A stretch of DNA of 64,000 bases from Levilinea sp. (GCA_029975215.1 JARKPO010000064.1:11536-75535); one strand, 5' to 3'. Positions 36,380 through 45,154 are shown, counted from the first letter of the stretch. Program-made: numbers and translations. Notes: a model not told the origin generated them from the sequence alone.

Positions 36380-37681
36380 CTACCCCATCAGCCAGCCTTC
36401 CAACGAGGAGAGCATGCCCCCGCCCGCGTCTCCAAAGAAGGTCACGGAGGGCGACGAACCCAAACCCGCCTCCAGCATTTGCAGGTAATGAAAGCCCGCC
36501 CCCGGGTAGCCCCAATACTGGGCCGCCGTCAGGCTTTCCAGGGTGGCGTAGCTGCCCACACTATCAGCCTGATTGCTGGAGGAATTGTCCAGCCCGATGC
36601 CCACCGCGCCGCCGCGCGCCGAGGCCTTCACCACCGCCTGAAATCGCGCCCGCACCTCCACCTCATCCAGCCCCACCACAAACTGCACACGGTTGCTGCT
36701 GCTGTTGTTCCAACCCCGCCAGGTGCTGCTGGTGTACACCCATGAATCGGTCGTGTCCGCCATGCGCAGCCGTCGCGGCAGCCGGTTGGCGCAGTTCCAC
36801 AAGAAGCGCCGCTCGTCGCTGTCCACGCACAGACCCTGCGTGTACAGCCGCAGCGTGCCCAGGTACCGTTTGTGCGGCGCGCCGCCCGCCACCCACACAC
36901 CGTCCTGCGTTCCCAGCGGCGCGGCCCGCGCTGTGCTGCTGGCCCAGGCCCCCAGCTCCAGCGCCAAACCGCCCGCATCCTCACGCAGGAATACATCGTA
37001 ATTCACCCCGCCGCTCAGGCCCGCCAGCGGCAGGCTGATTTCATTAAAGCTGTGCAGACCCCAGCCCACGCCAGGGGTATACAGGGCCGCGCGGCTGCCC
37101 AGATAAGGGCAAAAATACACCACCGCCCCCGATACGTCCCCCGTGGTCACGGGTGTGCCGCTCACCAGGCTCAGCCGCCCCTCACACACCAGCGGGTAGA
37201 GCACCTGCCCCGCTGTCAGCGCGTCTTCCACTGCCTCGGTGCGTATCGAAGCGGGCAGTATCTGGCTGCCGTCCCAATACAGGCGCCCAATGCGCCGCCG
37301 TCCGCTGGATTCCCCCGCCGAGGTGTTCACATCCAAACTGAAGCTCGTGCTCCCCGGCGTGCGCACCGCAAAGACATACCAGACACCCGCCGCGCCGCTG
37401 GGGGCCAGCCCCGCCGCCAGATCTGCCGCCTGGGTATTGACCAGCATACAGCCGTCCACCACCAGGGCTGCCGGGGCCTCCGGCGAGGCCGGCACACGCA
37501 CTCGGCTGCTGCCCAGCGTCTCCAGGCACACATGGGACTGATAGCGCCCCAAAAGCGCGCCCACTGCCAGGCTGTCAGCGGGTGAACGGCCCCAAAACAG
37601 AGCGTCGGCACGCAGATCGTTGTACTGCTGGGCTGCGGTAGGCTGCCCCGCGCTCACCGGGTTGGAAAGCGGATAGGTCAT
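36380..37681 (-). CDS. Phage fibre/spike-like virion protein
   Basis: Gly/Ser-rich beta-type protein with GRLSLVSGTPVTTGDV..VYFCPY.G and KRYLGT segments recalled from phage fibre proteins; last gene of the module. Confidence 0.55.
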   Translation of the reverse strand: MTYPLSNPVSAGQPTAAQQYNDLRADALFWGRSPADSLAVGALLGRYQSHVCLETLGSSRVRVPASPEAPAALVVDGCMLVNTQAADLAAGLAPSGAAGVWYVFAVRTPGSTSFSLDVNTSAGESSGRRRIGRLYWDGSQILPASIRTEAVEDALTAGQVLYPLVCEGRLSLVSGTPVTTGDVSGAVVYFCPYLGSRAALYTPGVGWGLHSFNEISLPLAGLSGGVNYDVFLREDAGGLALELGAWASSTARAAPLGTQDGVWVAGGAPHKRYLGTLRLYTQGLCVDSDERRFLWNCANRLPRRLRMADTTDSWVYTSSTWRGWNNSSSNRVQFVVGLDEVEVRARFQAVVKASARGGAVGIGLDNSSSNQADSVGSYATLESLTAAQYWGYPGAGFHYLQMLEAGLGSSPSVTFFGDAGGGMLSSLEGWLMG

Positions 37682-37684
37682 GGC

Positions 37685-38197
37685 TCAACTCCTCCAATAC
37701 GAATTGTCCCAGGTGCGCCCACCGTGGTACAGGGCCGCATCCACCCACAGCGAATCGGCGTACACTGCGTAGGGGATGGGCTGAAAACTGCCCCCGTCGC
37801 TGCTCAGCTGCACCAGCGCCGTGCTAAAGCCCGGGTAAATGTTCTCAATCAAAATATGCCCGCTGGAACGCAGGCCGGTAAAAGTCCCCAGGCGCGTCAC
37901 CAGCCCGATCTCGGTGTGCTGGCTCAGGCGCGCATACAGCCCCGCGCGCATCTCCGCCGCCGGAACGCCGTGGGGCGTGCCGTCAGGGTTGCGCAAGTCG
38001 TCCGCCAGCAGCACCGTGAACCAGATGTGCCGCACGGCCTGCAGCTGCCCCAGGGCATCGGGGTAGGCTTCAAAATGCAGCGAAACCGCCGGGCCGCTGC
38101 GGGGGCGCGGCTCCACGATCAGCCCCAGGGCCTCGCCGCCCTGCACCGCCGTGTGAAACAAGGCCAAATCGCAGTCAACGCCAACCGTTGCCATCAT
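37685..38197 (-). CDS. Hypothetical virion protein
   Basis: Start MMATVGVDCD overlaps the upstream gene end; position within the capsid operon. Confidence 0.6.
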   Translation of the reverse strand: MMATVGVDCDLALFHTAVQGGEALGLIVEPRPRSGPAVSLHFEAYPDALGQLQAVRHIWFTVLLADDLRNPDGTPHGVPAAEMRAGLYARLSQHTEIGLVTRLGTFTGLRSSGHILIENIYPGFSTALVQLSSDGGSFQPIPYAVYADSLWVDAALYHGGRTWDNSYWRS

Positions 38198-38825
38198 CCC
38201 ACCGGTCCAATCGCCAGCCCGCCCGCGGCAAGGTTCCCCCGCCCGCCCGCAGTCCCGCCAGCTTCTCGCGAAATTCCGCCAGGCGCTGTTTGCCCAGCGC
38301 CAGCCACTCACCCGCCGGGGTGCGCTCGCCGTAACTTTCGGTCAGGGCGTTGGCCCGCACCTGCGCCGCCAGGCCGGCAGCCCCCAGGGTCAGCAGTTCC
38401 TCACGGCAGGCGGGCAAACTGGTGCGGTCCGCCCCGTCCAATCCCTCCAGGCAGTGGCCCAAAAGCGCCCAAACGCGCAGGTTTTCACCCGCCTGGGGAA
38501 TCCGGCTGCCCCCCAGCCGCACCACCAGCGCGCCCCCGCGCCAGAAGCTGCGAAACGGTACGCGCAAATCGCAAGCCTGCCCATCCAACGCGGGATATGC
38601 CGCCGCCAGCACCCGCCGAACGCGCTCAAACCCCACTGCCGTGCTGATCACCTGTTCGCGCCCCGCCGCACACACCAGCGTACCCTCGGCGCTGTCGGGG
38701 GCGGCCTCGGCAATCTCATCCAATGCGCTGCGCAGGGCTGCATCCAACTGCTGAGGTGAAAAGCGCACCCCCTGCGGGTCGCCCAGCCAGTCCAACAGGC
38801 GCGCGTGCATCGCCGCCCGATTCAT
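38175..38825 (-). CDS. Head-completion/adaptor-like protein
   Basis: MNRAAMHARLLDWLGDP...FSPQQLDAALRSALDE helical N-terminus and ELLTLGAAGLA; position after the capsid gene. Confidence 0.55.
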   Translation of the reverse strand: MNRAAMHARLLDWLGDPQGVRFSPQQLDAALRSALDEIAEAAPDSAEGTLVCAAGREQVISTAVGFERVRRVLAAAYPALDGQACDLRVPFRSFWRGGALVVRLGGSRIPQAGENLRVWALLGHCLEGLDGADRTSLPACREELLTLGAAGLAAQVRANALTESYGERTPAGEWLALGKQRLAEFREKLAGLRAGGGTLPRAGWRLDRWDDGNGWR

Positions 38826-39007
38826 GGCCGCCGCTCCCAGCCGCAGTCCGCCCGCCGCACAAACATCCACTTGCGCCCATCCGCGCCAATGACCGCCAGG
38901 CTGCCGTCCGGCCGCCAGCCAGCCGCCAGGGGTTCTGCCCCCATCAGCCGCGCTGCCAACCAGGCAGCCTCTTCCCGCGCCTCCTGTGGTTTTCGTCGTT
39001 CGCCCAT
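38822..39007 (-). CDS. Small hypothetical protein (61 aa)
   Basis: AAGGAGG RBS before ATG 39007; stop overlaps the next start (ATGA). Confidence 0.55.
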   Translation of the reverse strand: MGERRKPQEAREEAAWLAARLMGAEPLAAGWRPDGSLAVIGADGRKWMFVRRADCGWERRP

Positions 39008-39069
39008 CCTGCCTCCTTGGGGGCCGCGGCGGGGGCCAACCCCAATTGCCCCCGCCGCCCCGCCCCAAC

Positions 39070-39405
39070 CTACGAAAAGCTCTTGCCCACCCACGGCAGC
39101 CCGCGCAGCACCAGGCGGTGGCTCCATCGCGCCGCCCCCAACTGCCACACAAAGGCAAACACCGTGCTCAGCACCCCCGCCAGTTGCCCTGCCAGTCGGT
39201 CCGCCGCGCCCAGGTCAAATTCGGGCCGCAGCACCCCCAGTGCCAACAGCATCGTCAGTGCCGCCAGATTCAACCCCGCCGAAACCGTCCCCGCCTGACC
39301 GTCCTGAACCCACCCGGCCGTCTTCAGCACATTCACCAGCGCGGCGATCAAAGCCCCCAGCCCGCTCAGCGAAGCCAACAGGCTCAACAAGCTCTCAAAG
39401 TCCAT
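39070..39405 (-). CDS. Small multi-TM membrane protein, holin-like
   Basis: 111 aa with three hydrophobic segments; AAGGAG RBS; follows the capsid gene. Confidence 0.55.
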   Translation of the reverse strand: MDFESLLSLLASLSGLGALIAALVNVLKTAGWVQDGQAGTVSAGLNLAALTMLLALGVLRPEFDLGAADRLAGQLAGVLSTVFAFVWQLGAARWSHRLVLRGLPWVGKSFS

Positions 39406-39441
39406 CTACCCTGCTCCTTCCTCGTATGCACTTCGGGCCGT

Positions 39442-41328
39442 CTAACCCGCCACGTTGCACTTATGCAGCGGACGGTAATCATTCACCCACACCGCCAGAA
39501 AATGGCGTACTTTCAGGCGGTGTTCATCGTGGGTAAAGACCGCCGGGCTGGTTTCACTGCCCGCCAGGAACACCTCCGGCATCAGCCCAAAGCGCTCGCC
39601 CACGAAAATGGCCGGTACCACCCGCGGATCGCAGACCGCGGCCCAATTGGTGGCATCCGTCCACTCCGGCACGGTAACCACATCCCCCGGCTGGCCTTGC
39701 TGCTGGTTTTCACTGGTGATGTTGGCCGCGTTTTCCAATGTGGGGTAAAGGATTTTCTTGGCGGTCAACTGCAAGGCGCGCGGCACCAGCAAATAGCGCG
39801 GGTTAATGCCCATCTGCGGCCCGGAGGCGCGCAGCGTGTCGCTGTTCTTCACCAGCATAGGCTGTTCGTACACACACCGGCACACCTGATCCCAGGCCGC
39901 CGCCGAAAGAGCCGCAGTGCTCAGATTGGCGTGCCCGCCGGCCGTGGCTACCGCCGTGGCGTTAAACAAGGTTCCGCTGTCGCTCATCGTCGGTCCCACC
40001 CCGTTGTTGGCGGTGAACACCGCTGCCACCAGCTCGCTGATCTTGCGCAGTCCGGCCGCGGCCAGTTCCCGTGGATAAGCGCGCAGCTTGCGCGTCTCGT
40101 CGCGGTCAATCAATTCCAGGGTCAGGGGAATATAGCCGCCGAATTTCATAAATTGGGTCGTCTCGGCGCTGTCGCCCACTTGCAGCTCGGTGTAGGGGTC
40201 ACCTTCTTCTACCTGCGGCAGGCTGCCCACCGTGCCCATCAGTGTACCGGTGATGGCTTGCAGGCTGTTAAAATGCTCCACCCAGGCCACCTTCTGCCAC
40301 CAGTTGTAGCCCGCCCGGCCCAGCTCTTCCCAGCGGTTGGCAATAACTTTGTTCAGGGCGTTTTTCACCAGGCCCGAAAAATCGGCCGTGGTGGCCAGCC
40401 GCACCCGCTGGGGGTCGTACCCCCCGTGCAGGTCCTCGTCGCCGGTCAGCAGCAAATACAGCTCGCGGATGCCGCTCAACCGCGCGGCGCGCAGCCCCTG
40501 CATGCCTGCCTCGCGTGGGGCCCCCAGCAGATCGTCCACGGCCGCCTGCAGTTGATCTTCGCTGCTGAACATGCCGTTCACCCGCCCCGGCCCCTGCACG
40601 TTCAGCCCGCCGGTCAGCGCGCTCACCAGTTGGCGGGCCTCATCCAGCGACTGCTGCAGCGCGTCCGGCGCAAACACCTGCCCGGCGAACTGCCGCCGCA
40701 CCTGTTCTGCCGCCGCAGCGGGCAGCCGGCTGGCCTGCAGACTGGCCTCCAGCAGCGCCGCGCACAGCGCCCTCTCCGCGCTGTTCTCGGTCTGCGGGGT
40801 GGGGTTACCTTCCGTTTCAAATGCTTCGTTCATCCTCTCTCCTCTGCTGCTCTGATTCCATTCGCGCACAAACCGGCCGCCGCGCGCCGGGTCCACCACC
40901 AGGTCCACCGACAGCACCTTCACAATCTTTTCCACGCGCCGCCCCTGGGCCTGAAAGAGCACGTCCGCCGAAAAGCCCACCCGCAGCGGCCCGCCTGCCG
41001 CCGTGAGCATCTCACGCCCCAAAGCCGCCAGCAGCGGCCCGCTGGGACCCATTGCCTGCAAACTCAGCCGCACCCCCTGGGCCTGGGTGTCCCACTGCGG
41101 CTGGCGGCACACCCCCGCCAGGTCGCGCACCGACCCACCCCAGGGGTGGTGATCTACAAAACAGCCCACCCCTTCCCAACACGGCAGGGATTCCTCCAGC
41201 ACCCCCGCCGGAAACTGCCAGCCGTTGCCCGTCCCCGCAGTGATGGCCAGGATGTCAAAACCCTTCCCAGCTTCACCCTGTGGGGCTGCCGCCGCAGCGG
41301 CCAACCGCACCCGATGTTCCCGATTCAT
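39442..41328 (-). CDS. Prohead protease / scaffold / major capsid protein fusion (HK97 fold, Mu gpT-like)
   Basis: N-terminal FVDHH, VGFSAD, SVDLVVDPARGG (prohead protease); C-terminal ADFSGLVKNALNK, LPQVEEG.PYTE, KFGGYIPLTLELIDRDE, PRYLLVPRAL (capsid). AAGGAGG RBS at ATG 41328. Confidence 0.85.
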   Translation of the reverse strand: MNREHRVRLAAAAAAPQGEAGKGFDILAITAGTGNGWQFPAGVLEESLPCWEGVGCFVDHHPWGGSVRDLAGVCRQPQWDTQAQGVRLSLQAMGPSGPLLAALGREMLTAAGGPLRVGFSADVLFQAQGRRVEKIVKVLSVDLVVDPARGGRFVREWNQSSRGERMNEAFETEGNPTPQTENSAERALCAALLEASLQASRLPAAAAEQVRRQFAGQVFAPDALQQSLDEARQLVSALTGGLNVQGPGRVNGMFSSEDQLQAAVDDLLGAPREAGMQGLRAARLSGIRELYLLLTGDEDLHGGYDPQRVRLATTADFSGLVKNALNKVIANRWEELGRAGYNWWQKVAWVEHFNSLQAITGTLMGTVGSLPQVEEGDPYTELQVGDSAETTQFMKFGGYIPLTLELIDRDETRKLRAYPRELAAAGLRKISELVAAVFTANNGVGPTMSDSGTLFNATAVATAGGHANLSTAALSAAAWDQVCRCVYEQPMLVKNSDTLRASGPQMGINPRYLLVPRALQLTAKKILYPTLENAANITSENQQQGQPGDVVTVPEWTDATNWAAVCDPRVVPAIFVGERFGLMPEVFLAGSETSPAVFTHDEHRLKVRHFLAVWVNDYRPLHKCNVAG

Positions 41329-41338
41329 TTGCCTCCTT

Positions 41339-42697
41339 TCACCTCTTCGTCTCACCGTTCTCCAAATCCACCGTGGAAATGGGCTTACGCGCCGGCGTCG
41401 GGCGGCTGCCGGGGCCGCTGCCTGCGCTGCGCCCACGCGCCAGCATCTGCTCCACATCCACGCTTTCCCCCGCGAATTTATAGGTCAGTCGCAGCAGCTC
41501 GGCGTCGTCAATTAGCTGCCGGTCGCGCAGTTCGCACAGGGCGTTGAGGGCGTTAACCGCTGCCAGCCCCAAAGACACGTTGTCACGCGCCGAAATGTCG
41601 CTGCCCAGCACTTGAATCGCTGCGCCGGGGTCAAGCTGCCGGTCCACGGCCGCCCGCCGCCCCACCACAAAACGCAGCACATCCCCCAGCATCCACAAGA
41701 AAAAGCGCTGGCGCTGCTCAAAGTGGCGGTAGGTCGGCCCGCCGGCCGCCTCAGCGGTGGTGCGCGTGCTGCTTTCCGGCTCGGCCAAAAAGTGCAGCGG
41801 AAGCCCCGCACCAGCCGCGATCATCTTCTTCAGCGCCAGCCCGTCCGTATTGGCGTCCGCGCTCTCCAGCTTGGGGGCCAACACGCTCCATTCTTCGTTC
41901 TCGTCCGTCACTAAAATGGCCCCAGCCCCCGGAGGGTTGGCGTTCAGCGCCTGTTGGCGAGCGCTGCGTTCCAGCGGCTGGCTGAAACGGGTGCGCACCA
42001 CGTACAGAAAGGCATTGCGAAAGCGGTTCAGCCGGGCGCGGTCTTCCAGCCAGTTCCCGTAGCGCGACAGCCAGCGCAGCACCGGCCCCAAATCGCTCTC
42101 GCCCCACTGTGCCCCCGCTGGGCGGTTGATGGCATAATGCAGCATGACCGTTGGTTGATCCGCCCCGCGCCCCATCCACGGCTGAGGGTCGGGCTGATCC
42201 AGCGTGGGCCGCGGCCAAAAAGCCAGTTCCTGCTCCACGTCATTTTCCGCGCTCTGAATACGCTCGACCTGGTCCGCCGGCACCGCGCGCACATAGCTCA
42301 TCCCGGCTGCATCGCTGGACACCAGCACAAACAGGTTACCCGTGCGCGTCAGCTCATCACACCATTCCGCCGTGCGCACGGCCATGCGGTTGAGCGGGTG
42401 TTCCCAAAAGAAGCGTAGAAATTCCTGGGTGGGCGCGTGGGCGCAGCGCACCTGAATACCCGAACCGGTCACGTATTGGGTGGTCAGCCCCACCATGCGC
42501 CGCGCCAGCGGGTTCACCCGCCAGGCCTCCAGCGCATCCGCCAGCAGCTGCCCGCGGTCGCTGGGCCAACGGTCGCGCGGGCCTTCATGATGCGCCCACA
42601 GCGTGCTTGCCCCCACCGTCAGGCTGTTATCCTCCTCCACCCGCCGAAGCTGTGCCCGGCGGCGGGAAAAGCGTTTCTGCAGCCAATCAAAAGCCAT
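41339..42697 (-). CDS. Phage portal protein
   Basis: 452 aa between terminase and capsid; NPLARR.V, DEL.RTGNLF, HYAINR...GESDL, IAAGAGLP.HFL. Confidence 0.8.
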   Translation of the reverse strand: MAFDWLQKRFSRRRAQLRRVEEDNSLTVGASTLWAHHEGPRDRWPSDRGQLLADALEAWRVNPLARRMVGLTTQYVTGSGIQVRCAHAPTQEFLRFFWEHPLNRMAVRTAEWCDELTRTGNLFVLVSSDAAGMSYVRAVPADQVERIQSAENDVEQELAFWPRPTLDQPDPQPWMGRGADQPTVMLHYAINRPAGAQWGESDLGPVLRWLSRYGNWLEDRARLNRFRNAFLYVVRTRFSQPLERSARQQALNANPPGAGAILVTDENEEWSVLAPKLESADANTDGLALKKMIAAGAGLPLHFLAEPESSTRTTAEAAGGPTYRHFEQRQRFFLWMLGDVLRFVVGRRAAVDRQLDPGAAIQVLGSDISARDNVSLGLAAVNALNALCELRDRQLIDDAELLRLTYKFAGESVDVEQMLARGRSAGSGPGSRPTPARKPISTVDLENGETKR

Positions 42698-44231
42698 CGT
42701 CCATCTCCTTTAGGGGATCCACCCCTGGCACAATCAAGGTCTCGCCCGCGGGCGTCCACGGGCGCTCGTCCAACACAGCCGCCAGGGCGGCCGAGAGCAC
42801 CAGGTCGTCGTGGGCAGTTTGGCCAGTGTGCGGGTCGCGGCTGCCGTCCGGCACACCCCAGCGCAGCAGCCGCCCGGGGCCGTCCAGGGCCTGGTACTGC
42901 ACCAGGCTGAGCTGCCGGAAGAACAACTCCTGCCAGGCGGCCTGCTGGGGAGTCAGCAAGGCCGGTTCGCGCCAGCGGCCTGAATCCACCAGAGCCAAAA
43001 ACTGCCAACCCAGGCGGCTTTTGCTGGCCGCCGTGAACACAAAGCGCACCACCCGCCCCGGAAAGGCCTTTTCTAAAAACGAAGCCAGCCCCGCCCCTAC
43101 ACCGGTGGCGTCCACTACCCACCAGCGCGGCTGCCACAGCCCTGCCAGGCCCGCCAGGGCCGCGAACAGCTCTGTGTGGGCCGTCCCCGTCCACACCTGC
43201 CGCCGTACCAGTTCGTAACGAGGGGCGCGCACCCCGGGGTCGGCACAGCTTTCGGGGTTCACACGCACCACGCTCAAAGCTGTGCTGTCGCGCCGCCCGC
43301 CCGCCGCCCCCGGGCCTGCCAGCGGGTTGGGCTGTTCCTCCTCGCCGCCTACATCCAGCAAAAAGGCGTAGATCTCCCCACTGCGCGGGGCCTCCAGAGC
43401 CGCGTGCCCCCCGCGCATCATCCCCACGCGCTGCGCCGGGAACATGCCGCTCTCCGCGTCCAGCTCTTCGCAGAAATACTGGGTGCGCACCACGGGGTGA
43501 TCCCGCCCCAGGCGGCGGATCTGCTCCTGCAAAAAGGCTCCATAGCGCGGCACCTCGCGCGCCACCGCTTCGCCGTCCACCACAAAGGCCCGCCGCTGCT
43601 GATCCTGGGCTTCCAAAGCCCGCGCCGCGCGCAGTTCCCGCGCCAACAGTGTCTGGCTGGTCCAGGCTGTGCCCCAAAACACGCGCGTGGCCTGGGTGGA
43701 AGCCGCCATGGGGGCAATCTCGCGGTCGTACTTCTCAATGGAGACCCCCTGGGCCTCATCCACCTCCAGCAGGGTGCTGGCAGTGGCCCCCACAATGTGA
43801 CTGGTGGGCGCGCCCGAAAGGAAGGTCATGCGCGCCTGCCCCACGCGGTACACACCGCCCGGCTCCCGCCGCCAGCGCCCTCGCAGGCGCACATTGGCCT
43901 CCAAAGCCCGCTCCAGGCGGCGCATGGCCGTCAGCGCCTGGGGGCGCAGTGTGGGTGAAACCTTCACCAGTTCACTGGGTCGGTCTGACAGCACCATCAG
44001 CAAATAGGCCTCAATTTGCGCCTGCACCTCATTTTTTCCCGACTGGCGCGGGAACATGACCGCCAGCGACAATCCCCGTCCCTCAAACACCGAGCGCACC
44101 ACCGCCCGCGCCACCTCAGCCTGATAGCTGCGCAGCCGCACCCCACCCAGGGCCAGCGCACACCAGCACGGGTCGCGCAGGCCGTCCGCCAACCGCTGTG
44201 CCCATTCCGCATCCTGCCCGCGCGCAGCCAA
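42687..44231 (-). CDS. terL: Terminase large subunit
   Basis: LRSYQ Q-motif, FPRQSGKNE Walker A, LLEVDEAQ Walker B, GTA coupling motif, nuclease aspartates in FLLDVGG, VVDATGVG and HDDLVLS. Confidence 0.88.
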   Translation of the reverse strand: MAARGQDAEWAQRLADGLRDPCWCALALGGVRLRSYQAEVARAVVRSVFEGRGLSLAVMFPRQSGKNEVQAQIEAYLLMVLSDRPSELVKVSPTLRPQALTAMRRLERALEANVRLRGRWRREPGGVYRVGQARMTFLSGAPTSHIVGATASTLLEVDEAQGVSIEKYDREIAPMAASTQATRVFWGTAWTSQTLLARELRAARALEAQDQQRRAFVVDGEAVAREVPRYGAFLQEQIRRLGRDHPVVRTQYFCEELDAESGMFPAQRVGMMRGGHAALEAPRSGEIYAFLLDVGGEEEQPNPLAGPGAAGGRRDSTALSVVRVNPESCADPGVRAPRYELVRRQVWTGTAHTELFAALAGLAGLWQPRWWVVDATGVGAGLASFLEKAFPGRVVRFVFTAASKSRLGWQFLALVDSGRWREPALLTPQQAAWQELFFRQLSLVQYQALDGPGRLLRWGVPDGSRDPHTGQTAHDDLVLSAALAAVLDERPWTPAGETLIVPGVDPLKEMDDGF

Positions 44232-44232
44232 A

Positions 44233-44517
44233 TCACGGCGCGCCCGATAAAAACGAACGCAGCAGCGCCGCCAATGCCGCCAAGGACGACCCGCCCGAAG
44301 CCAGCCCCGTCCACATCTTGAACTGCGTCACCCCATCCGTGGCACTGCGCAGCCGGCTCTCATGATCCTGGGTGGTGGTCTCCAGGCTGGTCAGCCGCAG
44401 CTGAGTCATCTCGCGGTCGTGGGCCTGCTGCGCCCGCAGCGCCTCTAAATCCGACTGCAATAAATGAATGGCGTGCTTGAGCTGCTCGGCGATGAGCTGC
44501 GCCTGATAATCTTCCAT
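44233..44517 (-). CDS. Small coiled-coil protein with C-terminal hydrophobic helix
   Basis: Heptad-rich N-terminus, hydrophobic tail, GGGAGGG RBS; stop 2 nt from the terL start. Confidence 0.7.
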   Translation of the reverse strand: MEDYQAQLIAEQLKHAIHLLQSDLEALRAQQAHDREMTQLRLTSLETTTQDHESRLRSATDGVTQFKMWTGLASGGSSLAALAALLRSFLSGAP

Positions 44518-44529
44518 TCACCCTCCCAT

Positions 44530-44590
44530 AAAAAAACCGGCCGGACGGCAGCCTGGGGTAGGCCCAGGGGAGGCACGGGCCGCCGGTTCC
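44530..44590 (-). terminator. Terminator-like hairpin inside the capsid operon
   Basis: Minus strand AACCGGC...CTGGG-CCTAC-CCCAG...GCCGG followed by T7, ending just before the RBS of ORF 44517. Confidence 0.55.
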
Positions 44591-44739
44591 CATTGAAGGG
44601 TGATGCGCCCGCTGCCGTTCTTCGCTCGTTCCGTGGACCGCCCAGCGCTTTGCCCTGCGGCGGGTGGTGCCCTCCCGACCTGTGCCAGGGACGCTGCCGT
44701 CCGGCCTTCCGCCGCCCGCCTGCGCAGGCGTGTTGCGGA

Positions 44740-45054
44740 CTACCGCTGCCGCAGTTCACCGCGGATTTCCTCCAGGGCCTGACTGATGGCCCGCTGCAGC
44801 GCCGAAGATTCATCCTCCTCCGGGCGCAGCTTCCGCTCCACCTGCAGCAAATTCCCCAAACGCTGAATCGCCAGGCTGATCGCGTTCAGCCGCTGAAGCA
44901 GCTCGCGCGGGTCAGCGTCGTTATCTGCCTCTGCCAGCGCGCGTTGAATCAGCTGCCGCAGCTGTTCGATCTCAGCGCTCAATCCGGCAGTTGGGTTGGG
45001 CGCGGGGTTGGAGCCGCGCCGACGGCTGGGGGAGGAAGAGGGGGTTCGAGTCAT
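44740..45054 (-). CDS. Small helical protein, first gene of the module (terminase small subunit or regulator candidate)
   Basis: 104 aa, basic N-terminus, amphipathic helices; position upstream of terL. Confidence 0.55.
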   Translation of the reverse strand: MTRTPSSSPSRRRGSNPAPNPTAGLSAEIEQLRQLIQRALAEADNDADPRELLQRLNAISLAIQRLGNLLQVERKLRPEEDESSALQRAISQALEEIRGELRQR

Positions 45055-45063
45055 GTTTTATTC

Positions 45064-45077
45064 AGAATATATGTTCT
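45064..45077. promoter_or_regulatory. LexA (SOS) box candidate
   Basis: AGAACATATATTCT on the minus strand, one mismatch from AGAAC-N4-GTTCT. It lies about 10 bp upstream of the first ATG and downstream of a TTGTCA-N16-GATACT promoter (about 45118-45090). Confidence 0.65.
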
Positions 45078-45138
45078 ATTTATGCTTCCAGTATCCCCCT
45101 TTTGGGATCGATGACAAGCCGTTAAAACCCGCATTTTT

Positions 45139-45154
45139 TTGCGGTTAACCGCAA
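45139..45154. promoter_or_regulatory. Perfect 16-bp palindrome between divergent promoters
   Basis: TTGCGGTTAACCGCAA. Confidence 0.55.

Larger units (their letters stand above)
36380..45054 (-). mobile_element. Compact phage head/packaging module without integrase, replication or tail genes (GTA-like or domesticated prophage)
   Basis: Ten co-oriented intact ORFs including terminase, portal and protease-major capsid; flanked directly by host genes; no att repeat seen. Confidence 0.8.

Noticed and set aside
36380-45054. Complete prophage, Mu-like transposable phage, PICI satellite or encapsulin
   Set aside because: No integrase, transposase, replication or tail genes are visible, and terminase plus portal argue against an encapsulin. 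A trimmed prophage remnant cannot be fully excluded without comparative data.
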